The notes under the pieces: generated by a model | Told to the model about the DNA's origin: nothing | Database searches by the model: none | The model's input: the letters and a program-made list of their open reading frames with translations, nothing else | Part shown: positions 12,632-25,850 of the stretch, one piece after another | How positions within the stretch are numbered: the stretch's first letter is position 1 | Layout: each line of letters begins with the position of its first letter | Assembly: GCF_004010195.1 (NCBI RefSeq) | Contig: NC_057719.1 | Location: 25,931,641-25,995,640, forward strand | Direction of reading: 5' to 3' | Source of the DNA: Chiloscyllium plagiosum | Lineage: Eukaryota | DNA length: 64,000 nucleotides | Made by a program: the position numbers and the translations under genes

Positions 12632-14090
12632 AAAACAAAGAACTACCAAAGCTGAAGATCTGAAATGATAACGAAATCGCTAGAAAAACTTAGCAGGTTT
12701 GACAGCATCAATGGAGAGAAAGCAGAGTTAGCATTTCGAGTTCAAGTAACCTTTTCTTTCAGAATAGGCTGGGGCTGTTTTCCCTGGAGCATTGGAGGCT
12801 GAGGGGTGACCTCATTGCAGTTTATAAAATCATGAGGGCATGTGTAGGGTAAATAGACAAGGCCATTATGCCAGGGTAGGGGATTCCAAAACTAGAGGGC
12901 ATAGGTTTAGGGTGAGAGGGGAAAGATTTAAAAGAGACTGCGGAGCAACTTTTTCAGGCAGAGGGTGTTGTGTTTATGGAATGAGCTGCCAGAGGAAGTG
13001 GTGGAGGCTGGTACAATTACAGCATTTAAAAGGTACCTGGAGGGGTATATGAATAGGAAGGCTTTAGAGGGATATGGGACCAGATCAGTTTAGGATGTCT
13101 TATTGGCATGGATGAGTTGGACCTAAGGGTCTGTTTCAGTGCTGTATAACTCCATGATGTGATGAGTCTATAACTGACAGTATCCAGTAAAAGGTGATAT
13201 TAATACTGAAGACATGGGGTGGTGGGGGAGGTGGGAGGGCAAAGGAGTGAATGAATTGGTGAAGATGGAGCTCAGATAGAGAGAGAATGACAGATGGTAG
13301 ATAGTATTACAGGGAAGGAGAAAAGCTGATAATGGGGACTATATGTAGATGAAAATCGGCTGCTTGTGCTGAAAGCAGCCTATATCCATGGTCCGGGGTG
13401 TGATGATGGGTAAAGGACAGGGAAGAAGATGATTAAGTTCTAAAATGATTGAAATTGATATTGAATTCTGAAGGCTGCAAGGACCCCAAGTGAAAAATGT
13501 GGTTCTTCCAGCTTGCACTGAGCTTCATTGGAGCATTGCAGCAAGCCTGAGATAAGGTGTTGGCCAGGGAACACAGTGGTGTGTTGATGTGGCAGGCAAC
13601 TGGAAGTTCAGGGTCATTTTTGCATCCAGAAAGTAGGTAGTCTGCATTTTGTCTACCCAGTGTACAGAAGACCATATTGTGAGCAGCAAATACAATACAC
13701 TAAATTGAGTGAAGTGCAGGTAAGTCACTACTTCACCTGGAAGATGTGTCTAGGACCTTAAATAATGAGGGAGGAAGTAAATGGACAGGTGTTGTACCTT
13801 CTGTGACTGCATAGGTGTGGGAAATAGGTCAGAAATGGCTGAGAGTGTTGTCAGCCAAGGTGATGGGCAATCATTAGTTGAGGAAAAAAGTGAATATTTC
13901 TGAAGCCCCCCTGCAGAATTTGGCATTATCAGAACAGATGCACCCCACCACCATCTTCTGCATACATATCCTCTTTTCCTAGCTAATATGAGTTCTGAAA
14001 AGGGGCCACTAGGCTCAAACCATTAACTTTGTTTTCAGCCCACAGATATTGCCAGACCTGCTGCAGTTCTCCTGCAATTTCTGTTTTTGT
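12632..14090 (-). mobile_element. Penelope-like element (GIY-YIG remnant) with an inverted pLTR at about 13945-14090; interrupted by a CR1 fragment
   Basis: ORF 13433-13675 (-) contains KNDPELPVACHINT...HIFHLGSLQPSEFNINFNHFR, a PLE GIY-YIG C-terminus. About 12650-12765 and 13990-14090 are inverted copies with decayed HHRs. Confidence 0.8.
12766..13155 (+). mobile_element. CR1/HER1 3' fragment
   Basis: aggctggggctgttttccctggagc..gaggctgaggggtgacc...ggaatgagctgccagaggaagtggtggaggc and the CR1 tail. Confidence 0.9.
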
Positions 14091-15267
14091 AGCAAACCTC
14101 TAGAATTCAATTTCTCCCTGACCCAATGTGCCAAGTTCTGAACTGGACACTTCTTGAGATTGGATACCTCACCTCCCAGTCATTGGGTGGTACCTAATCC
14201 TACAGCATCCTCTGGAACATCCTCCATCTGACTGGAAGCCAATTCTGTCAGACACCTCCAGGCAGAGGACCAAACAATGATGACATATGTACGGTATGGA
14301 CTTAAACCTCTTCAGAATGAAAGGAAAACCTGACCTATGTGTTATTGAACCTCTATACAGCCTGCTGTCTGGGTATTGGAAAGTTCAAATTCCCCTAAAA
14401 CCAATGTATTTCATATGGTCTAATGTTATGATCATAGATTGTCAACATCACAGAGACAGTCCTGAACCTGCTGCTGTAAATAGGAGAAAACAGGGTTCAG
14501 TTGGTATCATCCACATAGGAATATTCTTTTGTCTGTGTTAGGGAAAGATGGTTAATAGTTTTGCATTGCCTCAAGTCTTCAGAGAAACAGACGCTGGTTG
14601 GAAGTATAGTTTCCAGCCCTCAGAAAGCCATATTGGTAAAGCTATACAGCATTTAGCCAAATAAAGTAGGTAAAGTAGACCACAAACGGATACCCCTGTG
14701 ATTGGTCCAGCTGCACTGCAACATTGTCTCCACATCCCTCCCAGTCAACCATGAATTGAACCCAACCAACTGCAGCAAACAGAAAGGGCCAGCCATGGGC
14801 CGAATGGCCTATTCTATGTCCTACGATCTCTCTTTCTATACATCACAGTCAACTATGGGACATTGGGTTGGTAAATCTCTCATCTTTCAAGCTTAATTAT
14901 TTCTTTAGCTGTTGATGTTCTCGACCTCACTGACCTCAAAGTGGAATTCTCCATCCTCCTCACTGTGAAATCTATTAATAACATTGGTGAAAACTCCTTG
15001 CATCAATACTTTCATGGTTAATGTTCTTCTGAACCACTCAATTTCAATTCCTTCTTGGCTCCAAATGCATATGATGTCTTTCCAACATTTCCACTGTGTT
15101 CAAATCAAAACTAATTGCAGACTTCCATATGGTCATCAATTTTGTTTGGCAGGAGTTCAAAGCTATGGAATTTCTTCAGCCTTCAATGAATTAAAGTCCA
15201 AGCTTTAAGCAATCTAATCTCTATTTCAAAATTCAACTCCATTTCACATTCAAACCTTCTGTACTGT

Positions 15268-16160
15268 AGAGTCGTAGAGTTAGACAGCACAGAAACAGTC
15301 CAGCTCACCCACACCAACCAGATATTTCAAATTGATCTAGTCCAATTTGGTGGAATTTGGACCATATCACTCTAAACTCTTCATATTCATATACCCATCC
15401 AGATGCCTTTTAAATATTCTAATTGTACCCGCCTCCACCAATTTCTCTGGCAGCTCATTCCATACATGCACCACTCTCTGCGTGAAAATGGTGTCCCTCA
15501 GCTCCTTCAGATCTTTCTCCTCTTACCTTAAATCTATGCCCTCTAGTTTTGGACTCCACTACCCTGGGAAAAAGACCTTGGTTATTCACCTATTGGTGTC
15601 CCTCATGATTTTATAAACCTCTATAAGATCACCCCTCACTCTCCAATACTCCACAGAGCAAAGTCCCAGACTATTTAGCCTCTACCTACAGATCAAACTC
15701 TCCAATCCCAGCAACATCCTTGTAAATCTTTTCTGAACCCTGTCAAGTTTAACAACATCTTTTCCACAAGAGGAAGACCAGTATTGAATGCAGCACTCTA
15801 AAAGTGGCCTCACCAATGTCTTGTACAGCCACAACATGACATCCCAACTTCTATACCCAATGTATTGACCAATAAAGGTAAAAGTTTACCAAATGTCTTC
15901 TTCACTACCGTGTCTACCTACGACTCTACTTTTAAGGAACTATTTACTTGCATCCTTGAATCTCCTTCTACAGCAACGCCCTCCAGGGCCCTACCATTAA
16001 GTGTATAAGTCCTGCCCTAGTTTGCCTTTCCAAAATGTAACACCTCAGATTTACCCAAATTTAACTCCATCTGCCACCTCTTGGCACGTTGGCCCATCTG
16101 ATCAAGGTCCTGTTGTAATTGAAGTAATCTTCATCACTGCCCAATACACCACTTATTTTA
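15268..16160 (-). mobile_element. CR1/HER1 3' fragment
   Basis: Reverse complement of the CR1 3' region seen at 23522-24338. Confidence 0.88.
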
Positions 16161-16919
16161 GTGCCATGGCCCTTCCTCCTTCTAAATTTAAAACAAAACA
16201 CTCACTCAATTTGAAAAATGTATATTTCTAGCAGAGAAATGTTTGATAGAAACATCGAAACTATGATAAGGAGAGAGGCATTCATTCCTTCAAGCCTGCT
16301 CTGCCATTCAATATGATCATGGTTGATCATCCAACTCAATAGCCTATTCTTGTTTTCTCCCCATACCCTTTAATCCCTTTAACCCTTAGAAATATATCTT
16401 ACTCTTTCTTGAAAATATTTAATGTTTTAGCCCCAACTACTTTCTGTGGCAGAGAATACCACAGGCTCACCACTCTCTAGTTAAGAAATTTCTCCTCATC
16501 TCAACCTAAATGGGTTACCCCTTATACTTCAACTGTGACCTCTGCTTCTTCACTCCCAGTCATTAGGAACATCGCTCTTGTATTTACCCTATCTCATCCT
16601 GTTAGAATCTTATAGGTTTCTATGAGAATCCCCAACCTGACAGTCTTCCAAACTCTAGTCAATACAGTCCTAACTGATCCAGAATGTCTTAATATATAAG
16701 TGTTGTCATCCCAAGACTCAGTCTGGTAAACCGAGCACTCCTTCCATAGCCAAAACATCCCTTCTCAGATAAGAAAACTAAAACTGCACAAAATACTCAG
16801 GCATAGTCTCACTAAAGCTCTATACAACTGCAGCAAGACATCCCTACTGCTGTACTCTTATCCCCTCACTTTGAAGGCCAACATATCATTTGCCTTTTTC
16901 ACTGCCTACTGCACCTGCA

Positions 16920-17282
16920 TAGATTCATAGAGTCATAGAGATGTAAGGCATGGAAACAGACCCATTGATCCAACTTGTCCATATTGACAAGATATTCTAA
17001 ATTAATCTAGTCCCATTTGTTACCATTTGACCCATATTGCTCTAAACCCTTACTATTCATACACCCATCCAGATGCCTTTTAAATGTTGTAATTGTACCA
17101 GCCTCCACCTCTTCTTCTCGCAGCTCACCACCCTCCGTGTGAAAAAAATGTCCCTTAGGTCCCTTTTAAATCTTTCTACTCTCACCTTAAACTAACGGCC
17201 ACTAGTTTTGGACTCCCCACCCTGGGGAAAAAAATCTTGGCTATTCACCCTATTCATGCCCTTATGATTATATAAACCTCTA
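16920..17282 (-). mobile_element. CR1/HER1 3' fragment
   Basis: Begins with the tail tagattcatagagtcatagagatgta..catggaaacagaccc. Confidence 0.88.
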
Positions 17283-17456
17283 CAGAGGAACCTTAATTAT
17301 CCGAAGGACATGGGCGGTCAGTATTTCATTCGGTTAATCAAATTCCGGATAATCGAATGCCGGATAACATAGTTTAGCCAAGTATTGGGACCTTGCAATC
17401 TTGCCGGATAACCCGATATTCAGATAATCGAATGTCAGATAATTGGGGTTCCTCTG
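17283..17456. mobile_element. 174-bp MITE of the Tc1/mariner-pogo (Tigger-like) type
   Basis: TA duplication at 17281-82 and 17457-58. TIRs cagaggaaccttaattatccga / tcagataattggggttcctctg. Internal repeated (g)gataatcgaa motifs. Confidence 0.85.
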
Positions 17457-17805
17457 TATGTGTTTCTTTTCAGTGACCAATGCACAAGGACACACAGCTG
17501 TCATTGCACCTTCTCCTTTCCCAATCTATCGCCATTCAGATAATAATCCTCTTCCTGTTTTTGTTACCAAAATGGAAAACCTTACATTTATCCACAGTAT
17601 ACATCATCTGCCAAGAAGTTGCTCACTCATCCAATTTGTATAAATTACACACAAACATCTTTGCATCCTCCCGCCCATTTTTGAGTTATCTGCAAAATTG
17701 GAAATTTTGCTATAGAGACAGTATGTCTGCCCATATGGTTTTGATAAAGTTGGTCCCCTCAGTTAATTGTGACAGATTAAACTTGTTTGCTATGATTGAC
17801 TATAA

Positions 17806-18485
17806 GTCATAGTGTCATAGAGTCACAGAATCTTACAGCCCTTTGGCCCAAACTGCTCCATGCTGACCAAAAGGTCCATCCACGCTAACCTCATTTCCCT
17901 TCACTTATCCCATATCTTTCTAAACCTCCCCTACCCATGTATTTTTCCAAATGCCTTTTAAATGCTGTTAATGTACCTGCCTCAACCATTTCCACTGGCA
18001 GTTATTCCATATGCATACCAGTCTCTGTGTAAAAAAGTTGCTCCTCTGATTCCCATTTATTCTTTCCTCTCTTACCCTAATCTGAAGCCCTCTAGTCTTC
18101 GATTCCCCACCCTGGGGAAAAAAGACTGAGTGCATTCCACCCTATCCATGCCTCTCATAATCTTATACACTTCTGTAAGGTCCTCCCTCAGTCTCCTATG
18201 CTCTAAAGAAAAGGTTCTCGCTTGTCCAACCTCTCCCTATAATTCAGACCCTTGAGTCCTGGCAACATCCTTGTAGAGTTCTTCTGCACTCTTTCCAGTT
18301 CAATAACATCCTTCCTATAGCAAGGTGACCAAAACTGAACACAATGCTCCAAGTGTGGCCTGACCAACATACTGTACAACCGCAACATAACTTCCCAACT
18401 TCTATACTCAATGCCTTGACTGATGAAGGCCAGTGTGCTAAAAGCTTTCTTCATTACCCTGTCTACCTGTGACTCCACTTTCAGA
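17806..18485 (-). mobile_element. CR1 3' fragment
   Basis: ORF 18203-18478: ESQVDRVMKKAFSTLAFISQGIEYRSWEVMLRLYSMLVRPHLEHCVQFWSPCYRKDVIELERVQK. Confidence 0.92.
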
Positions 18486-20472
18486 GTTTGGATAAATTGT
18501 TCATGTTTGTACAGGAGAGGTCTGTATCATCTATTGTAATATAGTCTATCACTAGTATTATGAGGATTGCACCAGCAAAATCGGTCTGAATTAGGAAGTG
18601 GGCTATCACCTACCACACATTGGAAATACTTGTTGCACCACATGACTGCCCATTGTATGTTCTAATCAAAACAGGAACAGTAAATTTTCAACCAAAATAA
18701 GGAATAAAATTAAACTAAAGGGTGATCTTTGTCATTTGTGGAATTAGTCAGTGTTGCTAAATAATGTTTCATTGTTGCTGTGTCGTCAATGCTGAGGAAG
18801 TGTAATACACATTGTAATTTCTTTCAGGAGAGTTATGATGAATATTGGCAGTAATTTCGTTTGCAGATTAAAATAAAAAAGCATTCCAAAAAGCCAGTGC
18901 ACTTACCATTTAAAATGATTTATTTTCTATCCTTCTAGTGAAAGGTATCTGATGAGTTGTGCACACGGTCTGCATTGCACCTACTCATTGACTGCAGACA
19001 CACAGCCAGGGTCAGAGCACTTTCTACAGCTGAACAGTTCTCGCAATTATCCTTGTATGTGTGCAGGCTACCTCATATTTAAAGGAGAAATCAATTTGGC
19101 TCCTGGATGTTTCACTTTTTTATGAATTTGTCTGAAATGCAGTTCTAGTGCAGATCTCTCCGACTCCATTAAAGCTCTGTCTTCAATGTTCAGTGAGATT
19201 TTGAGCATTGCACGGTTTGAGCCCTAATTTTCACCAAGACTGGAAAATGAGCAGAAAATACAGTAAACAGAGGGCTTGTGTTGTACTGATAATATCACAC
19301 CTCTGCACCCAGGATGAACTGACCACAAGATGTGTCATAACACATCCAAACACATTGATTAAAGAAAATACCGGATGGCAATGGCATATGAGCTCATGGG
19401 ATTTTAATTCTTTCGCCTTCACTTCACAACATTCATTTGCTGATCATTGGATAAAAATGGAATGCTAGCCAGAGGACTTTCAGGTGGCAGGAAACTGCAG
19501 CCTACAGCAAAGGAGAGCTTATTGACAAGATGACAAATCACAGACAGCGAGGGAGTAACGAGCTGCAGAAGCCTAAAGTTTACTTCACAAAGTCTGAAAG
19601 AGTGTTGCTAGTCCTCTTCCTGATGCAAGGCAAGCAAAAGTAACGTGTCATCGATGGCTTACTGTGGTCATGGATCCACTGCTTGCCATCTTCACTTGGC
19701 TGGAAAACTCTAATTAACTCTCACTGTCCAGGTTAAACCATCAGTTTATTCCTAACGATGTGAGAAGACCCTGGTCCTCCAAAGCTAGTCACTCTGGATG
19801 CACTTTGCATAATCCTCAAATTGCATGCAATATGAATGGAAAATATTCTATAATTCTTGGGAAAGAAAAGAAACCTCTCACTATCTAATTAAAGGCTCCA
19901 TCAAGTGTACTATCATTTATGCAGGGAAAAAATGCACTCTGCATGTGAAAAAAGAAACCTTGTAATATTGGTATTCCTAATCGCTTGTGCTATTAAGCCA
20001 GAAACCAAATCAAAAGGAAAATCTGTTGCTACAATCACTTGATACTGTCATTTATTCTCAAATGAATAGAACACCTACTGTGCTGAAATTCATAATGGCC
20101 ACAGCTGTCCCAGCAATAGAATATGTCTTGAGATGGAAACAACAGAAGATGCTCATTTCCATTTCAAGCAGACTGCCTGTTAATCAATGCATGGGTACAG
20201 ATGGTTAGATTTTTTTTCAAGTGGCAAGAACATTTTCTTTTTAATCAGCCAGAGCTATCACACTATTTAAATAACACTACAAAAGATTTCAGCACAGCCT
20301 ATTGGAACATTTTATAACATGTTACACTGTATTATCACACTTTCTCCACTGTAATAGCATTGTAACAATGGTCAACTTACTTTTAAAGGATAGATTCTTA
20401 TGATGAATTACTAATCATATAATATAGTACCAACTGGTGACACTTGAAGGTGTAAAATACTTCTATACTTAC

Positions 20473-20553
20473 CTTTCGGAATGCTCTAGCTCCTTAAGAT
20501 GTTTCAATTTCCATTTCCTCAAACATGCCGTGCTGGTAATGAGCTTATAAAAC
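20473..20553 (-). CDS. Candidate 81-nt symmetric (phase 2-2) exon of an unidentified gene: FYKLITSTACLRKWKLKHLKELEHSE
   Basis: Pyrimidine-rich acceptor tctcttttcctcctgcacactattttcatttgtctggtgcaag| and consensus donor aag|gtaagt. One open frame, in a repeat-poor island. No homology recognised. Confidence 0.4.
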
Positions 20554-21435
20554 CTTGCACCAGACAAATGAAAATAGTGTGCAGGAGGAAAAGAGATTTT
20601 CATACGATATTAAAAATGGGGAATTCTACCCAAATGGGCTGCAAATTTGGAGGAAAATTATATTTCCTCCACTAAAATTACAGTGTGGTAAGTCGTACAC
20701 TGAAATGTGGTTTCTTACTCTGATAAGAATGCATCCCCTCCATCACTGTGTCCATTTGTACACACATTTCAGATACCAGTCCAAGCCAAGTCCATTACTT
20801 TAATGGTTCCCTTTCTTTTCATTACCTTACTTTCTCTTCACCATTTCCTGCCATCAGACCTTCTTCCTACTTTAACTTTAATTTCTTCAACATTTATCAC
20901 CTTACCTCCCCTCACACACTCACTCCAAACTTGACTCCTTTAGACCAGCGAACTGAATTGCCCCATCCATCACTTATGAATATCCTGTTGTCATCGAGGA
21001 AGTTATTCTTGAGGCTCACACAATCTCAAAGCCTTGAGGAACATGTAGCTAGGAGAACATGTAGGAGATGATGACAACTTTGCCCTTAACAAGCTACCTG
21101 ATCTGGCTATAAGTTTGCAATACCCGCCTGGTTCAAGCCATTGCAGCAGTGATGTGGGATTGAGTTATTTTTCAATAATTAGTAACTTAGATTTGATTGA
21201 GGCAAATGAGGAAATAAATTAAGTCTTTTTTATTTGTGATTAGTTACTGTCAGAAGAAAGCCATATATCCCAGGTCAACTGGGGATTCAATAGATTATGG
21301 TTTTATTTCTGTTTTATGGCTTAGGCTAATACACACCTGGGCTAACAGTGAGAACTCTTTGAGGTAAAAGGTTTTTACTCAGTTTGCATGTTTTAAAAAT
21401 GATTCAGTTTTGTAACAAAGTATCTAACAGGCCCA

Positions 21436-21605
21436 CAAAAGCAAAGCACTGCAAATGCTGGAAATCTGAAATAAAAACAGAAATTGCAGGAAAAAACTCG
21501 GCTGGTCTGGCAACTTCTGTGGAGAGAGAAAGTGGAGTCAATTTCAAACCTGATATAGCACTTCTTTATAACTACTGTTGCTGAATTTCTCCAACCTTTT
21601 CTGTT
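21436..21605. mobile_element. Degraded fold-back Penelope pLTR remnant
   Basis: gcactgcaaatgctggaaatctgaaataaaaacagaaattgc..., same subfamily as 61483-61650, with a short inverted tail gctgaatttctcc. Confidence 0.65.
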
Positions 21606-22125
21606 CTCATGGATATAGTATATACACATTACTTTGGAAGTAGGTTCTGCAGTGAGTTTTGTAATCTCGTAGCTTTGATCTTTTTACTGTATTGATTGGG
21701 TTATTTGGGATGAAAGCAAATCACTTAGAGATAATATGACATACGCTATGGTGAGTCTTATATGGCTTCACAGTGTCACCTTAACTTGGTAGTGATCCAT
21801 GTATTTGATAAACAAAGAGAGAAGAGGGGTTATAAAAGGGATGATCTTACAAAGTGATTGGCATTGGAATGAATCAAGAAGTGATGTCACTAAAATGACC
21901 ATTACTTATAAAGAAAACAATCAAGAATTAGATAAATGTTGCTCTGCCAACCCAAGATTGTCCGTGAATTGTTCATTCAAGCCAAGCTGAGTTCAAGTTG
22001 TCTCTGATCATGGAGAGGGCAGTGGTTAACAAGCATTAATAGGCACTTATTCTTAGTAGTTCAATGCACAAGAAAGGAAGACTGAAGACAGAGAATATCA
22101 GTCAAAACAGATCTGAAGAGTCCTG

Positions 22126-22732
22126 TGGAGAAAGTGAGGACTGCAGATGCTGGAGATCAGAGTCAAGAGTGTGGCGCTGGAAAAGCACAGCAGGTCAGGC
22201 AGCATTCGTGGAGCAGGAGAATCAACATTTCAGGCATGAGCGGTTCATCAGGAATGAGGCTTTTTGGTTGGGGCTGAGAAGAAAATGGGAGGGAGGTGGG
22301 GTTGGCAGAAGGTAGCTGCAAAAGCAATAGGTGAAGGTGAGGGAGAAGGTGAGAGGTCAGTGGGGGCAGTGATGGATGAGTCCAAAGGACAGTGCTGAGT
22401 TAGAGGCTTGGGACTGGGATGATGTGGGGGAAGGGGAAATAAGGAAAGTTGTTGAAATCCACATTTATCCCATTGGGTTACAGGGTCCCAAGGCGGAATA
22501 TGAAGCGTCCCTCCTCCAGGCGTGGGGTGGTAAAGGGTTGGCGATGGAGGAGGCTCAGGACTTGCATGTCCTTGACGGAGTGGGAGGGGGAGTTGAAGTG
22601 TTCAGCCACGGGGTGGGGGGTTGGTGGGTGAGGGTGTACCAGAGATGTTCTTTGAAACAATCTGCAAGAAGGCGTCCTGTCTCCCCAATGTAGAGGAGAC
22701 CACACCGGGTGCAACAGATGCAGTAGATGACA
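22126..22732 (-). mobile_element. 5'-truncated Penelope element with GIY-YIG endonuclease remnant and pLTR/HHR
   Basis: SSVIYCICCTRCGLLYIGETGRLLADCFKEHL / VAEHFNSPSHSVKDMQVL..RLEEGRFIFRLGTL. HHR-like ctgatgaaccgctcatgcctgaaatgtt (-) near 22223-22251. TSD gaagagtcctg (22115-22125) / gaagaatcctg (22733-22743). Confidence 0.92.
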
Positions 22733-23521
22733 GAAGAATCCTGCACCCAGTCAACCAGTGTTGCAAAATGACACCCTGAAGGGGCAGATTGAATAAACAT
22801 TGTTTTATTACATATAGTTTCTTTTGTACCCATTTTGATAACTTACAAAATCTGATAAAATGTATAAAAATACATTTGTATCTGGAATGGTTCTTAAAAC
22901 AAATCAGGACTAATCAACTTTTACAGTAGTTTTCTGAAACTCAATCTATAATTGTCATCAATGTAGGTCTTACAATTAAAGTTAAAGTGAACACTTCCCC
23001 CACCCCCCAAAAAAAAGTGATGTCCAACTTATTTCGAAACTATACCTTGTACTAGCTTCCTACTCACTTAGCAGTATCATTTCCTTGCAAATCTCATCAC
23101 CATGATCCACCTGTCACATCTCTCATCTAGAATTCCTTGTTCTGTATGACTCAGCCAAATACCACACCAAATTCCTCACAGAGATATCTCCATTTCCTTC
23201 CTTCAGTGATTGCACTGAGCAACTTCTCATCCTTGATGATTTCAATCTTTGCTTAACTCTCTGTTCACTCATCCAGTGTTCACTGCTCTCCTTTCCTCCA
23301 CAAATGCCTCTTTTTCAAAATAAACTCTTCTAACAACTTCTTGACCTTGTGATCTCACCTGGTTCATTTGTTCTATTATATCCAAAACTGAAAGCAATCT
23401 CCAATCATTTGCTCACATCTCTCTTTACCAATTCTCCCCCTCCTCCTCCCAACACCATTTTTTTCTATCTTGACTTGAAAATAAAATTATTTCTCACATT
23501 GCCTACAACTGTACTTTTAAA

Positions 23522-24338
23522 ATCTTATCTAGCAGGACTAATACACTTAATGGTAAGGTCTTAGGGAGTGTTGCTGAAAAAAGAGACCTTGGAGTGCAGA
23601 TTCATAGCTCCTTGAAAGTGGAGTCGCCGTTAAATAGGATAGTGAAGAAGGTATTGAGTATGCTTTCCTTTATTGGTCAGAGTATTGAGTACAGGAGTTG
23701 GGAGGTCAGGACATTGGTTAGACCTCTGTTTTAATATTGTGGACAATTCTAGTCTCCTTCCTATTGGAAGGATGTTGTGAAACTTGAAAGGGTTCAAAAA
23801 AGATCTACAAGGATGTTGCCAGGATTGGAGAATTTGAGCTAACCGTTTCACCACATTCCACTGCTTGGAATTTTACACCACACCAGGGTTGGAGAATTTG
23901 AGCTATAGGGAGAGGCTGAACAGGCTGGGGCTGTTTTCCCTGGAGCATCGGAGGCTGAGGGGTGACCGTATAGAGGTTTACTAAGTCATGAGGGGCATGG
24001 ACAGGGTAAATAGACAAAGTCTTTTCCCTGTGGTGGGAGAGGTCAGAACTAGAGGGCATAGGTTTAGGGTGAGAAGGGAAAGATATAAAAGAGACCTAAC
24101 GGGCCAATGTTTCACGCAGAGGGTGGTACGTGTATGGAATGAGCTGCCAGAGGAAGTGGTGGAGGCTAGTACAATTGCAACATTTAAAAGGTATTTGGAT
24201 GGGTATATGAATAGAAAGGGTTTGGAGGAATATGGGCCGGGTGCTGGCAAGTGGGATTAGATTGGGTTGGGATATCTGGTGGGCTTGGACGGGTTGGACC
24301 GAAGGTTCTGTTTCCGTGCTGTACATTTCTGTGACTCA
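23522..24338 (+). mobile_element. CR1/HER1 3' fragment
   Basis: ORF 23988-24260 (RGMDRVNRQSLFPVVGEVRTRGHRFRVR...WNELPEEVVEA) and the CR1 tail. Confidence 0.92.
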
Positions 24339-25172
24339 ATGAACCAAAGATGCAAGTTTTGCACAAACTGTTGTTAGAGATAGCATTGCAAAAGAATAAA
24401 ATCTAGAGAAAGTTGCAAGGTCAGGGCTAGAAAGTGGGAATATTTGGGGTAGCTTTCTTCTTGAGCTAGGTGGAAGTGAGGGAAGCAGCCAAGACAACTG
24501 ATCAATCAGTCTTAATCTTTAAAACAAGTAAATGCATGATATTTTCATATTTATTGTTGGAGGTGAGGATGGAGGAAGAAGGAAGAAAATGTTAAGAAGG
24601 CAGTAAGTGGGAGGATAATCATTGCATTTATAGAGTCATGAGGCAAGGAAAAAGCCCCTTTGGTCCAGCTCATCCATGCCAACCAGATATCCTAAAATAA
24701 TGCAGTCCCATTTGCCAGCATTAGGCCCATATCCCTCTATACCTTTCCTGTTCATGTACCCAGCCAGATGCCTTTTAAATGTTGTAATTGGACCAGCCTC
24801 CATCACTTCCTCTGGCAGCTCTTCACACACACACAAACACACACACACCATAAATCCGTCGTCTCTTGTTTTGGATTCCCCTACACTGAGATAAAGACCT
24901 TGGCTATTCACCCTATCTATGCCCCTCATGATTTTATAAACTCTATAACGTCACCCCTCAGCCTCCAATGCTCCAGGAACAATTGCCCCAGTCTATTCAG
25001 TCTCTCCCAATAGCTGAAACCCTTCAACCCTGCCAACATCCTTGTAAATCATTTTTGAACCCTTCCAAGTTTAAAAACATCTTTTCTATAGAAGGGAGAC
25101 TGGTATTGCATGCAGTATTTCAAAAGTGTCCCATACAGCCGTAAAATATCATCCCAATTCCTATAATCCATT

Positions 25173-25420
25173 GGGGAGGCAATGGCTTCATGGAATTGTT
25201 GCTGGACTGTTAATCCAGAGACCCAGGTAATGCTCTGGGGACCTGGGTTTGAATCCCACCACGGCAGAAGGGTGGAATTTGAATTCAATGGAAACAAAAT
25301 CTGGAACTGAGAATCTAATGATGACCATGAATCCATTGTTGTAAAAACCCACTTGACTCACTAATGTCCTTTAAGGAAGGAAACTGCCATTCTTATCTGT
25401 TCTAGCCTACATGTCACTCT
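25173..25420 (+). mobile_element. SacSINE1/DeuSINE-like SINE (3'-truncated) nested in the CR1
   Basis: ggggaggcaatggc..tggactgttaatccagagacccagg..gggtttgaatcccacc (tRNA-like head) plus the shared central block. Confidence 0.8.
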
Positions 25421-25850
25421 TTCTTCACTATCCTATCTACCTACGACTCCACTTTCAAGGAGCTATGAACCTGCACTCCAAGGTCTCTTTGTTCAGCAAC
25501 ACTTCCTAGGACCTTACCATTAAGTGTATAAGTCCCGCTAAGATTTGCTTTCCCAAAATGCAGCACCTTGCATTTATCTGAATCAAACTCCATCAGCCAC
25601 TTCTCAGCCCATTGGCCCATCTGATCAAGATCCCGTTGTAATCTGAGGTACACCTCCAATTTTGGTGTCATCTGCAAACTTACTAACTATACCTCTTAGG
25701 ATCACATCCATATAATTTATATAAATTATGAAACATAGTGAACCCAGCACCAATCTTTGTGGCACTCCATTGGTCACAGGCCTCCAGTCTGAAAAACAAC
25801 CCTCAACCCCCACCCTCTTCTTCTACCTTTGAGCCAGTTCTGTATCCAAA

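Larger units (their letters stand above)
16248..17700 (-). mobile_element. Older CR1 fragment interrupted by a younger CR1 (16920-17282) and a MITE
   Basis: Degraded CR1 3' sequence (ctgcacaaaatactcaggc..; tgaaggccaacatatcatttgcc) that resumes at about 17459 (tttcagtgaccaatgcacaaggacac). Confidence 0.75.

Noticed and set aside
17340..17445. CRISPR-like repeated gataatcgaa motifs
   Set aside because: Short, irregularly spaced subterminal repeats of a MITE in eukaryotic DNA; no spacer structure or cas genes.
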